Of a stretch of 64,000 nt of DNA, positions 1 through 12,251 are shown in pieces. This stretch comes from Eremomyces bilateralis CBS 781.70 (lineage: Eukaryota). The notes under the pieces were generated by a model. The model made no database searches. It worked only from the letters and a program-made list of their open reading frames with translations, and was not told where the DNA came from. Location of the stretch: the NCBI GenBank assembly GCA_010015585.1, contig ML975152.1. One strand, given 5' to 3'. Position 1 is the stretch's first letter, and the number at the start of each line of letters is the position of its first letter. The translations under genes were made by a program, and so were the position numbers.

Positions 1-474
1 ACTCCGACACGGTAAGGAAATCAGAATCGTACCGCTGGGGGAAATGTCAGTGGTTGGATCCGTCAAGCATGGCGCATCAGGGTGACTAACGCGATTCTGA
101 TACACCATTATATGCAAGCCTCTTTCGTTCGCAAGTTCGAATAGCAATTGAGCCTCCGTTGCAGTCGGCACGAACGGCTTTTCGACAACGACGTGCTTCG
201 ACCTCCTCAAAGCGCTTTCGCACATTCCAAAATGCGACTCGGGCGGAGTGGTCACCACAACGACATCGACTGCCTCATCTTGCAGCATTTCGCTGTAGTC
301 CGTCCACGTCTTAATTCCGGCATGCTCCGCTCCTGCATCGTTGCCAGGCTGGGGAGACCGCTGCACAATCCCATAGAGCTTCAACGATGGTATTTGCGGG
401 ATGAATGGGATGTGGAAAACTTTGGCGGAGAGACCATATCCGACTACAACAACGTTGAAAGTGCTTGGAGCCAT
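1..474 (-). CDS. Gfo/Idh/MocA-family NAD(P)-dependent oxidoreductase (5' part; runs off the left edge)
   Basis: Manual translation from ATG at 474 gives MAPSTFNVVVVGYGLSAKVFHIPFI...VDVVVVTTPPESHF...KHVVVEKPF...MVYQNR, then a short intron, then RYDSDFLTV. Rossmann start, EKP motif and NRRxD motif fit the family. Not in the ORF track. Confidence 0.9.
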   Translation of the reverse strand, partial: MAPSTFNVVVVGYGLSAKVFHIPFIPQIPSLKLYGIVQRSPQPGNDAGAEHAGIKTWTDYSEMLQDEAVDVVVVTTPPESHFGMCESALRRSKHVVVEKPFVPTATEAQLLFELANERGLHIMVYQNRVSHPDAPCLTDPTTDISPSGTILISLPCRS

Positions 475-885
475 TTCGTTGGAATGGATGCACAATTATA
501 TTTGTTAGAACAAGAATATTCCAACTTGGAGTTGACGGTAAGGTTGTATTGGGATGGGATTTTAGTGGTGCAATTGTACGGTCCACTCATTCAAGCTCCG
601 ACTACAACAGAATGCGGTGGATAATATATTTACCGTATAACTATAACATCCCTACCTTGTTCAGCTAAGGTAAGTTAGTAAGGAAGATATAGAATGTGAG
701 TCTTGTTCTCAAATTAATAGATTTTACCGGTCTCGCATCACTAGTAGGGGGAATACTCTCGAAGTCTCGAAGTGTTTAGGAGTCATGAATCATGAAATTC
801 GGTCAAGCCCCTATACCATTAAGAAATAGTCAAGCGCACACAGGTATATACCTGTAGGTATCATAGCTAACTATCCAAACATCCT

Positions 886-2844
886 CTAGAACACTTTCGT
901 GTTGTCGTCTTGCTTAAGTTTCATGGGCTCGCCAGTGACCACTTCCTCGTCATACGCATCGCTGCTATTGTCATACACGACGCTGAGATCGTTAATCTCA
1001 TCCCCGACTTCCATCCACGTCTCCGCGCACGCGGGGACGGGGAAAAACCTGCAGCAAAGCCAATAAACGCCCGCCGAAACGATAAACCCGGTAAAAAAGT
1101 TCAGCCGGTAGATATACGTGGCGCCCATGGGGACCTCGGTGCCCACGGCACCAGCAAACCCAACCACGTTGATACAGATGCCGGCGATATATGCGGCATA
1201 GGCGCGCCAGTTGATCCCCGCGGTGAAGTAGTAGGGGCCGGTCTTCCGCGCGTCGTAGAGCTCCTTGATCTCCAGGTACCCCTTGCGGACCACGTAGTAA
1301 TCGCAGCACATGACGCCTGCGATGGAGCTGAGGAACACCGAATAGGCCGAGAGGTAGGTCGTGAACTGGTTGCTCGAGGTGAGCAGCGTCCAGGGGTTCA
1401 TCGCCAAGCCCACCGCTGCGCAGATATAGCCACCCCGGCGGATGTTGATGTACCGGGGGAGTAACGCCGTCATGTCCGTTCCCGCGGAGACGGAGTTCGC
1501 GGCGATGTTGGTGCCCAACTGCGCGAGGGCGAAGGCCGCCGCGATGATGAACACGCCGAACCGTTGGCCGGAACCACCATCGTCGATGAATCGCTCCAGG
1601 AGTTCGAGAGGATCCCAGATGGGTTCGCCGCCGTATATCACGGTGGAGGAGGAGGAGACGATGATGCCGATGAACGAGGTGAGGGCAAAGCCGATCGGGA
1701 TCGTGAAGAGTTGGGACCAGAGCGCATCACGCGGTTTCCCTGCGAAACGACTGAAATCCGGGTCGTTGACAATCAGGGTAGCGAAGTTCGCGATGGAGCT
1801 CATGACGCCGTTGACGAACGCCCAACCGAGTTCGCTACCATGGATTGTGGATCCTTGGCGAACAATAGGACCGGCGCCACCAGCGCGAACCAGCGCCCAG
1901 ATGAAGAATGCAATGCCGGCGCATGGTACAAAATACGCTTTCACGGTGAAGAGATGGCGGATCTGGTGAACCGGGAACCAGATGGCGGGTAGTGATCCGG
2001 CCCAGAAGAGGAAGAAGGATACGAAGTCTGCAGTCGTGGTTCCGGAATCCGGACTAAACGTGTTCGGAATCGTTTCACGATTCTGCCAGGAGATCAGGTC
2101 AATGTCGGTTCGCCAGAGATTGACTGACTTTCACTTACCCATCCCTTCCAAATTGAACGGATCATCAAATAGACACAATGGCCACCAATGTAGGACTGTA
2201 CACCGTACTTCATGATATTAGTTCAAGGGTTTCGCCGCTTCTGTTCGATAAGTATCTCACCCAGATACAAGCCATCGCAGCCCGGTTGAAAACAGGCCAT
2301 AAATTACCCCAGATACCAAAGGACGAGCGAGCGACTACGGGGAAACCGATATGGTATGTAGCACCGATTCTACCAGTCATGCAGATGAAGACTGCTGCAA
2401 TGGAGTATCCGATCCAGACTGCAATACCAGGTCAGCAAACGTCCAGGACTGCACCAGCAGTCATAGTCACTGGTTTGGAGTCGAAACTCGAGACTGAAAA
2501 GGGGAGGGTTACCGCAGAGCCACGATTGCCACCAGCTCAGACCAGCCACGATCATGGACGAGGAAATCATCCAGGTGTTTATATTGAAAGAATCAGCAAT
2601 CCAAAAACCAACGAAGTTCCAAGGACCCCATTGTCGCCTTCCGGGTTCGACGGGTTTCAAATCATGGTTGGTCAACTATGCATTGTTCGTCAATGCCCGT
2701 AATCTTCGACCGCGTATCACGTCTCCGACTGAATGGAATAATCCGAAGACATACCATCAATTGGGTGCTGGTCAGGCCCGGCTCCGATTCCACCGCAAGC
2801 TTGTGCGCCAGGCCGGCAACCTTCCGGTTCCTGAGCGTCCCCAT
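886..2844 (-). CDS. NCS1-family nucleobase permease (Fur4/Dal4-like uracil/allantoin transporter), multi-exon
   Basis: Exons encode [71 protein letters not shown] and [17 protein letters not shown], all typical Fur-type NCS1 motifs. Confidence 0.93.
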
Positions 2845-3195
2845 AATGAACGAAACAGACCACGACTGTCCGTAACTTGTTCAGAATGGAGAAGAAGAAT
2901 ATTCTTCTCTCTTGGGGGGTATGGTCTAGCCGGAAAAGTGGGCCTTTCCTGAGCGACGATACAAAAATCTTCCGAAGCGATGACGATATGCACGTGACGG
3001 GGAGGGTTGGGGCGACGAAGTGGTAAACAATGCCTCTCCTCTTCCAACGGCTCGTTCTGAAAATAAATGCTTGGTAGATCCTGGAGCGGAAGCACCGGTA
3101 TCGCTAATCAATGGTTGACGAGATGATGAAGGGTCGCGGGTGTTGGGAGCGACGTCAGAGAGCTTGATGTTTCCATCCGAAGTCCTGATCAAGGG

Positions 3196-3892
3196 AGATA
3201 TGCATCACATTTTATCCCCTCCCATTCACCCACGCGGCACCAGGATTAAAACCGAATGGTGGAAACTCCGGAGGGATTATCCAGCTAAGTAAGGAATAGT
3301 GCATTTTCCTGCTTGCAGTCTGCATCACTACGTTGCTTTTGCCCTCTCCATTGTTAACGAGATGGTGGGAGCTATAAGCGATGAGGTCAACATCACGAGC
3401 GGAGTGCCAGGGTCCGCGCCGGTAATGCAGAGGAGAAAAGTCCAATTACAGGTGGTCTCTGCGACAATGCGACACTTTCCACGAGATAGGCGGATCAGCC
3501 ACACACGACATGGGCTTTGGATGGGGCTTATCGAGATGCCGAACTGCAGTCATGGTAAAGATTTGCGATGTCGCCTCAAGGTTCATGAGAAATCTTTTCA
3601 AGTGGGATGGTAGGTAGAATTGGCGGTTCAGTCTGATTGGTTGGCCTTATCATGGGGCAGACAACCGAAAAGCAACTTCACGTACAATGTACATTCACCA
3701 TCCGACCACAACGCAAATTCACACAGAGGCAGCCGGGCAGTCCGAGATACGTACCTGAAACTTGCTGGCCGACTGGTGGAAAACTGGGCTAAGGGCTTGA
3801 AGAATGGGGTCCACGTACGCATGTCGCCTACTTGCTCGGCACTAGCATGGGACTAGAACAGACCACGATACGGCCCGCCTGACAGCTTATCT
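3196..3892. promoter_or_regulatory. Cluster of GATA (TTATC/GATAA) sites upstream of the NCS1 permease; putative AreA/Nit2 nitrogen regulation
   Basis: TTATC at about 3212, 3277, 3528, 3647 and 3887, plus GAGATA copies. Nucleobase permeases are established AreA targets. Confidence 0.5.
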
Positions 3893-4700
3893 CCCCAACC
3901 CCGCATAATTATAACGGCGCCTTGATATCGGGCTCGATCTTGTTACTCGATCGCATCGAGTCAACTGCTCGAACCTGATTAGGTAGTATCAACCAGTGTG
4001 GAGTCTGTGGTTGCACTATGGTTGCAGGCGTCCCAACTCCTCGGAGCCTTTCATGTCAAACCCTCCGAAGGATTCCTTGGGAGTTGGGAGCTGGGAGGCA
4101 TCTGGACTTTCCTTGGCGCTTCATCCGCCAGTGCCGCTCTTGAACTAACATTTCGTCATCACAGGCTGCTGCATTGCGGATCTGGACTTCTGGAGCCTCG
4201 AGGATAGCAATAATGTGACCGGGGCTTCCGAATTGTCCCTGACCATTCAGAGCGCAGCAGAAAGCACAACTAGGACTATAAATCAGTAAGGTGGTATTTT
4301 CTCTGAGGAACTGAAGACAATTATTGAAATAATCCAGCGGTATGAAATCTAAGGGCTCCTCTGGTGGAAATAATATGGCATGCGGTTGTCGTAGTTACGA
4401 ACTCCAGAGTCCAGACAGATGTGAGGTCAGAGATGAGACCACGGATTGCGATTTAGGCGGGCGCTATGTGCCAACTGTGCAATATTAAACATCACCTCGT
4501 CCACTTGCGTTGGTTGCAATGCGTAAGCACAAAGGTTAGAACAAATAACTGTATGCATTTGCTGTGGTATTTGAAGTCGATGTCGAGGTTGAGTAGTCAA
4601 TTCACACACTGCAACCTAGAAGTCCACAGCTGCTAGTTCTAGCCAATGCCGTTGACGGGAACTCGATCAAGACCTGCATACGACAATCGCTGCCTAGAAG

Positions 4701-6448
4701 ATGCTAGAGAAGGACGAGTCCCCTGCTATCCTAGTTGCTCGATTTCTGCGCACGAATGGATACAATGAAGTACGGATTTATTGAGCATACTCGTTTCCAA
4801 CCGTTCGTGACCCTCCGCTGACCAAGTGCAGACTCTCACCGCGTTCCTGCAGGAAGCCGGCTTGCCTGTTGATGCGGGAATTACGACGAAAGGGAGCTTA
4901 ACCATCGAGAACCTTATTCGTGAGAAGAACCTCTACGATGTTACGAGGAATTTTGAGAAATCGGGCCTTGACGAGAAGGAGCATGGCTGGAAGACTCCTG
5001 GTATCTCTACATCACCCTGTTTGACATTTGAACGTCGACTAAATGTTTCGTATGGTGTGGACTCCGTCGGGACTGGAGCTAGACCGGTGGCTCTTATCGA
5101 AGATATATGGGTGAACATATATTCTTTGGCTGCCGTGCGCCTGTCTTTCAGCTTCAAGTCGCTCATGGGATCGGAAACGATAGCGCCACCGGTCACTCCA
5201 GTCGACGATAGAGTACACATCTCTACACTAAACAGCACCCTCGAAAAGTATTGTCCTTTCTCTACCAAGCTCATCGAATGTCCTCTGCTCATCCACCGGA
5301 ATGGTCGAGTTTGAGAACGGACACCGAAGGAGTGTCATCATCTCCAGCACGGCAGACCGTCGATTAACCATAACGTCTGTAGTGGATGGTACCAGTACAA
5401 CCCTGATCTCACGGACTGATGTTTCCGACTCTCCCATCCTGTCATATCAACTGTTGAGGGACAGATACATAATCTGCGGAACGATGTCGGGCAGTCTTTT
5501 CGTTTACGACTTTGTGAAGTCGGAGGTTCTCTCCACACGAAAAGATCACGCGAAATATGTGGTAAACTTGGCGACAATAGAGTCAAGATCTAGGTATGGA
5601 CTCCATAATGAACAAAATTGTTAAGAAACTGACACGGTGCTAGGATATGGCTCGCTACAGCGGGGTGGGACTCCAAAGTCTTCATCTACTCTTTAGACAG
5701 CACTGATTCTGAGATACGCAATCTTGAGAATGCGGTTGGGACACTCACCTTACCATCGAATCCAGAATCGATCACGTTTGTCAATCATCCAGACACAAAT
5801 GAACCCATCCTGGTCTTAGGTCGGCGAGACTCGACGTTTTTATATTTTTACCGTTTGCCACTCGACCAATCTGGTCCACCGATAGAGTTGAAGCAGGCAG
5901 GGAGACAAAATCTGGCTCCTCATTCCAATGCATGGGTGGCGTTCACGCCATGTTCGATTTCCGTGTCTCCCGTGGAGCCTCTCACTGTGGCCGTTGCTAC
6001 GTCCTCAATCCCACACATGAAGCTGATCATTGTCCGACTCCTGCTACCGAAGCTACAGGACACTGGCGGGCTGTCCCAGTCTGAATCCGATCCGGATGCT
6101 CCTCTCACCGCAGCAGCGATGGGGCGAGCTGAATTGGCTCGCCAAAGTCGAGAAGATGTCGCCATGCTTGTTCATGTCAGCACATTCGCACTGCAAACGC
6201 AGTACTCCACACCATCCCTTACCTGGCGGCCTGATGGGACTGGTGTATGGCTTAACGGCGATGATGGCATTGTCCGTGGGGTTGAGGCGAGCACGGGAAG
6301 AGTCAAAGTCTCGTTGGAAGGTCATGAACCTGGCTCGAAGATTCGCTGCGTTTTTGCAGGATATCTCGAAGACGTTCAAGGTTCGAAAAGGGAGTGTCTA
6401 CTGAGCGGAGGATTTGATCAGCGCTTGATTCTATGGGAGATCGCTTGA
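4701..6448 (+). CDS. LisH-motif / WD40-repeat protein, multi-exon
   Basis: ATG 4701 gives MLEKDESPAILVARFLRTNGYNE|TLTAFLQEAG (LisH-like). Intron 5001-5235 joins WKTP-APSK. WD-type segments are WLATAGWDSKVFIY, LTWRPDGTGVWLNGDDG and LLSGGFDQRLILW. Confidence 0.85.
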
Positions 6449-7224
6449 ATTCGGTAGGCATCATTGTCCTCGGCCTTGTAACATCTATTGTTTCGTTCAA
6501 CACAAATGACAGCAACACAGGCCCTCCGGATCCATTTCTCAGTCGCGATTGATCATATTTTGGCCGTGCAACATAACACAGTGCGCGGATGCCACACTGG
6601 ATGGTTGCCAACAGGCGCAAACGATGTCCTTCATGCTCCTTACCAATTCCCCATTCACGATGGATGTGCCTCCCTTCATAGCCATCATCCCCATTGCAGT
6701 CTCTGATTCTCGAGCTCGTACGACATGGGCACGCATTGAAATGCAGAGTACCAACGGACAAGTACCTCAATGTCGGTTAGGCGGACAGGCGTCCTTAACT
6801 ACAAGCTTAGGACGTTGGTTGCACCTCTTTAACCGATGCCTATACTAGAATCGATGACATCCTCTCCTCCTACGGGCTGGGTAGCATCATTCCACGAGCC
6901 TTCCGACCTGAAATACATCCTCCTCCTCTTAGTATGACGATCCTACTTGTAAACGAGGTTTCCTGTGTCGTCCAGAAGTTCCGGAGTCCCTATTCAGAGC
7001 GAAATGCAACGAAACATCCCGACTATATCGAATACCGCCTAACTAGAAGAATATTTTAATGTCCAATGCCCCATGATTCCCTGAGTGCTGTTTTTCAGTT
7101 CTTTCAACTTCTCGCTATCTTTTCCTTTTCGAACATAACTCCTGAAAACGAAGTCGCCGCGTTTCCAGTACGGTTATCTTGATCAAGTCACACAGAAGGA
7201 ACAAACTTTGTCAGAACCAACAGC

Positions 7225-7824
7225 ATGCTTGCTTCACTCGTTGATAGGCCGTTCCAAGTATGCTCTCTTGCTATAACTCCCGTCCTGGCACTAACACGGA
7301 ACCTTTCATCAGGTCCTTTTCTCAGCAGTGGTCTTGGGCCTAGCCGTGCCCTGATCCAAGACCAATGGAATAATTCCTCACCGGCGGCAACCAAATTTGC
7401 CGCATTCGCTGGCGCGTTCGGCCTTGTTGTTTCTCTGCTTGGTATCGTATCTGTCTTCGTCACCGCATTAGAAGGCCTGATCACCTGGGTTGTGGACACA
7501 CTCGCAGGCCTCTTCTTCCTCGCTGCCGGGGTAGTGTTTGTCGTCCATCTCAAGACGACCAATTGCGATATCCATATTGCCATCCTAGCAGAGAATCCGC
7601 TCCTGAACGGTGGCTGCGCTGTCGAGCAGGGTGAAGAGTATTGCTGGTACATGTTTGCCGGCGAGTGGTCCGAAGAGGCCGCCTACGGGGTTCTTCGAGA
7701 TCGGTGCAGGATGGTTCAGGCCGATACTGCTTTCTCATTCCTAGCGTGTTTGACGTGTGTCGCTGCCCTCTCCTTGAGCTTCTTCTTTGGTCGTGGAGGG
7801 ACGAGGAGAGGAGGCGCCATTTAG
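7225..7824 (+). CDS. MARVEL-domain (Nce102-like) four-TM membrane protein; apparent frameshift after the first intron
   Basis: Hydrophobic helices with FAAFAGAFG, WVVDTLAGLFFLAAG and CRMVQADTAF, typical of fungal MARVEL proteins. A canonical intron at 7258-7312 puts the first TM out of frame (see findings). Confidence 0.7.
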   Translation: MLASLVDRPFQVCSLAITPVLALTRNLSSGPFLSSGLGPSRALIQDQWNNSSPAATKFAAFAGAFGLVVSLLGIVSVFVTALEGLITWVVDTLAGLFFLAAGVVFVVHLKTTNCDIHIAILAENPLLNGGCAVEQGEEYCWYMFAGEWSEEAAYGVLRDRCRMVQADTAFSFLACLTCVAALSLSFFFGRGGTRRGGAI

Positions 7825-8084
7825 GAGTCTGCCCTACTAGTCCGTGTTGAAATACTCCGTCAACGCCGAGGAGATGGCCTGGCGTCTATGAACGATTCAA
7901 CTGGATCCTGCTATGTATAACATGAACGCACTTGGCTAGGTACTGCTACTTACAACATAAGATATTATATGAATCTGATGGTTTGACTTCAGGTATCTCA
8001 GCATGTAACGCTATCAAGCGATATTCACCCAGTGCCAAACTTGGTTGTTGGTAACGGATCTGACCCTTTTCACTCTAGGTTTTT

Positions 8085-9147
8085 CTAACCCGCTCCTTTG
8101 TTAACTGCCTCAGATAATTCCTGGACGTTTCGTTTCCACTCGCCTTCCTCACGCTTCTTTCCTACTTCAGTCTGCGTCGCCAATACATCGAAAACACCTG
8201 CAATATTCGCGAAAACCTTGCTATTCTCGTGGGCTTCATCCCAGCCACCAGTCTCCCCAAAACACTCGCCAATCTGTTCCATCTCCCATATCCATCGCCA
8301 CGCCTTCCTCGGAACAACTGATACGCCTCTTTTTACCCTTCTGGCCATTTCCGGCGCCATATCGTCCAACGCTTCGTCGAGCTCATTCAGGATTCCCATA
8401 GATTCAGCAGTACTGAACGACTGAAGCGCTAGTGCTTGGAACCCTTTCAACAAGGAGGCAAAGCAGCACTTGAGGCCAGATGCTCGACCCAACTCATCTG
8501 AAATATGTTTGATGTTGAGTATAGCTGAGAGGGTAAGGTCTGGAGCTGCAGGGCTCGGGAAATTTGGAAGTTTGGTTGGGCCAGAGAGCGGAATGCGAGG
8601 ACGTGACCACGCCTGAATTGAAAGCGCATCAGATGCATTATTGAGAGTCGGAGGGCCACCGAGAATACCACCATCTATGCATTGGATCGACCGATACGAG
8701 CAGAAGGTGAATAATTCTGCCACCCTGATGCTCGTTGATGGCGAGACTGCGTTGAGGTCACAGTAAATCAGCCTCCTGCCAGAACTGCTTTGATTGCTTG
8801 TTTGATTGCTTATCGGCCGCCTGTCGCTTTCGAGTGCTTTAAGCACAGATTCTGCAGTAGATATGGCCGACTCGGGTGGAACAATGGACAAAATAATATC
8901 GACAGTGTCGACCATGATAGACAAGGGGTATATCGCAATGTCAGCAGATCGTGCACGCTCCACTGTTGAAGGACTATGTTCTCAATCAGACAAATGGTTT
9001 CGTAGATCTGTAGCGAATGTACCTTCGGCCGTCTAGTGTGGTGGCAACATTGTATTGGAATGTTTGAAGGAGTCGAGCGATACCTAAGCCCATCTCCCCC
9101 AAGGAGATTATGCCAATCGTCGGGCCAGGTGTCTCTTTTTCTTCCAT
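8085..9147 (-). CDS. 6-phosphogluconate/3-hydroxyisobutyrate dehydrogenase-like NAD(P)-binding protein with DUF1932-type C-terminus
   Basis: Exon 1 has TIGIISLGEMGLGIARLL (Rossmann). Exon 2 has DLNAVSP, IDGGILGGPP, ASGLKCCFASLLKG and KAWRWIWEMEQI. Confidence 0.85.
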
Positions 9148-9871
9148 GGCGTCCAATGGCTGGATTTCCCCCAGGGATGTTGAAGATGACGGCCTTGACA
9201 GTGTATCTGCCGCAAGCCAAATAGATCCGCGTGAACTACTGATGGTCCTAATAAATCTCGTCCGAATCGGGAGAATATCCCTAGATGCTACTTTAGAGAT
9301 TCCAACGGAGGTCTCTTCTTTAAAGAGCTGGAAACTGACGGGGGGAAGAACACTTATCAATTATCAACTCCGTGCGTATTTTAAATAGCAGATAAGTACT
9401 AGATACACAAGATTGAAACAACAACGGGTGAATGGTGGAGGTGAGGTGCGATGACGCCTTATCAAGTCTAAGAACTGATACTTAGTATATCCAGAGGCGG
9501 AACTATTCCGGCCCCAGAACCGAGCAACAGAACGTCCACCCTCAAAACTAAGACATCTTACAATTTATATCAGGTCCATCTCAGGTCAATAGGGATCCTG
9601 ATAAATTTATTGCTGGGAGGCTTATAAGACAGAGCAAGTTCGCTCTCCGTTCCTATTTCGAGCTTGAATTGAACCCTGTTCAGGCCTGTTTCTTCCCCGC
9701 AAAACAATATGGCCCCCGCAATGTTGGGCTACCGGTAACGATGACCGAGGATCCGTGACTGACATCACCTTCAAGCCCGGTATATATAAAGTCATCTTGA
9801 TTCCCAAGTTCAGATGTTCTGTAAACCCTCATAATTTCGCATGATCTATTTTCACCGGAGAACTGGCCAAT

Positions 9872-10510
9872 ATGGGCGACGGCACTACCACCAAACCCAC
9901 CTCCCTCCCACCATGCCGCCGCTACATCTGTTCCCACACTCCAGATGGAAAGTCGGTCTTTCTCCCCTCCCCTGAGCAAATTTACCGTGGCCGTGACGGC
10001 GTCGGTGGGGTCGCGCGGTCATATTCCGTTGAGACCGTCCCCGCGAAACTCGCAGACGATCAAGACGTAAAAGCATATCTCTCCCCCCACGGTGACGTCA
10101 GTCACTTGGGCCAAAATATCGTCGTCCCGAACTTGAAAGGTTCCAATTGCCTGGTCATAGATCTCGGACCGGGCGGTGAAAGTCAGATGCACCAGACGGT
10201 TTCGATCGACTTCAGCATCTGTGTTATCGGAACTATAGACATGGAGCTGGACGGAGGAGAGAGGGTTAGGTTGTCACCAGGAGTGAGACAAAGGCACCCT
10301 TCATTGAAACTGGACCGATTCTGACGCCTGTAGGATCATATAATCCAGCGAGGTACTATGCACAAGTGGATCAATGCCTCCAAGACCGAGCCAGCAAGAT
10401 TCATAGGAGTGACTTTGCCATGCGAGCCCTTCAAAATTGGCGAGGAGATGCTTGAAGAGAAGCATATCCGAGGGACGGGGGCGTTGCAGCCAAATGGATC
10501 GAGGCTATAG
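9872..10510 (+). CDS. Cupin-domain protein (2 exons)
   Basis: DLGPGGESQMHQTVSIDFSICVIGTIDMELDGGERVRLSPG, intron, then DHIIQRGTMHKWINAS: both cupin motifs. Stop TAG at 10508-10510. Confidence 0.9.
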
Positions 10511-10808
10511 AACTCGAAGGCAAAAGTGAATTGCATACGAATGATTCCAACAATTCCTATGCTACCCGATGCCGGAAAGTCGTCGTTAAAACATGATTGG
10601 ACCGCTGTATAGTCAGGGAGAAGAGTCTTGTATAAGTCCAGAACACGTTATTAATGTGAACGTGGAATCGAATGTTATGCCCTTGGAAAAACCATTATGG
10701 GTTCTGGAAACTCGAGACTGCCAAGGGTGTATCGTTGGCTTCTGGATCCTGTAACGTTACAAGTGCAGTCATACCGTTGCGATCGAGAGAGTACCCAGTC
10801 ATTTTAGC

Positions 10809-12251
10809 TCAAAATGCCGCTAGAGCCATATATTTGTTGAACAAGTCTCTTTTGTTGCTGAAGAACCGCGTGTCCATCCATGTCTTCAAAACTGACAGAC
10901 CAAACTGCATCCGCTGATGATCTGTTTGGATTTATGAGCGACTTGAAACCTAGATGTTGTACGAGCGACGGCTGCGCAATCCACCTGTGTAGGTTAAGGC
11001 TGAACGCACAGTCTCGACTGTGGTGGAACGGGTTAGCGTTTCAGTGAATCCAGAAGCGGCTGAACGATCAAGGATACTTACATCGCCAAATCGTACGGCC
11101 TATCCAAGACGGTAAGGTCTAGACAGGGGACCATCTCGGACAAAGTTTTGCGGCTGAAAACAATCGCTTGTGTGCAGCAGCCCCATCGCTGCTGATGTAG
11201 ACCCGGCGAAGGGGGGAAGATCGAATACTTCCCAGCTTCCAGGATGAACCAAACTGTAAGTGGGACGACAATGGGAACTACCCAACGCACGGTGCGTGGG
11301 TCGATGGCCTTCCGAAGAATGCGAATTCGGGGGATAAGGACGGCAGCGAGGATCGCTGGAGCGATGGATAAGAAAGTTGCAAGTTTGACCGTCGTCGGTG
11401 ACCAACCCATGGACCGCTCAGGGGTGAAGAGGCGCATATCGCTCCAGTGCTCATTCTGTGCTTCAAGATCGCTAAGAAGTTCGACTGTCCGTGCGACCCA
11501 GCCATTGGAAAATATCACATCATCTTCAAATACGGCAATGTATGGGGCATCGCCATTGTTCATGCAAGCCTTGATTGCGGTAGTGTAATCGAGACCCGCT
11601 TTCTGCACTTTCGCATCATAAGTCCCGTTCGCTTGGAGCAAGATCATCTGCTGAATGATGTCTGAGTCGACAATGTCTGATGTCTTATGCGTCTTATCAA
11701 CTAAGTCGAAGAGCCGGTTTCGGATATCTGGGGGTTCTGTATCGTTGGTCCCGGCGAATAGAATTTGTATAGCAACATCTCGACGTTCGCCAATGCTACT
11801 AGTTGCCAGGGCCGATGAAATGGTTCTCTGTTGGAATATCAGCGACAAGCGTCCTCTCTCGCATATCATTTGACTCTTGCTTACTTCAAGATACTGCTCC
11901 CTGCCCGGACTGTTTCTCGTCAAGAAAGTGGCGCAAATTCTTGGTTCCGAGGCTTTGGCAGCATCAACTGCCGGAGTGGCGTGAATGTGACTCTTAGTTA
12001 ACGTGATTAGGAACGCGTCGGCTTGTCTCTCCTGTCCCACACTGTATCGTGGCTCGAAAGCTCGCCGTGAGTCAAAGAAGATGCTTCCCGGATCCCGATA
12101 CCAGTGGGTCTTCCCGTAATACCATATGCATAACGCGATCAACGCAAGGCGGATGAAGCTGCATGAAAGAAGTTAAAATCAGACACAACAAAGACCACCG
12201 CATCATCGACTTGAGATGTTATTACTCCTCGATGAGCATTGGGCGGGCCAT
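10809..12251 (-). CDS. PGAP4/GT109-like membrane glycosyltransferase (GT-A fold with internal TM hairpin), multi-exon; start uncertain
   Basis: N-terminal TM followed by YRDPGSIFFD, YIAVFEDD, MRLFTPER, two internal TM segments, GCCTQAIVFSR and, in the last exon, QPSLVQHLGFKS. Confidence 0.7.

Noticed and set aside
910..1992. Long antisense ORFs over the NCS1 gene (similar cases over pno1, mdm31, dph6 and mfap1)
   Set aside because: Shadow ORFs produced by GC-rich codon usage of the real genes.
6488..6850. Several overlapping 70-155 aa ORFs after the WD40 gene
   Set aside because: No recognisable motifs or splice logic; probably UTR or intergenic.
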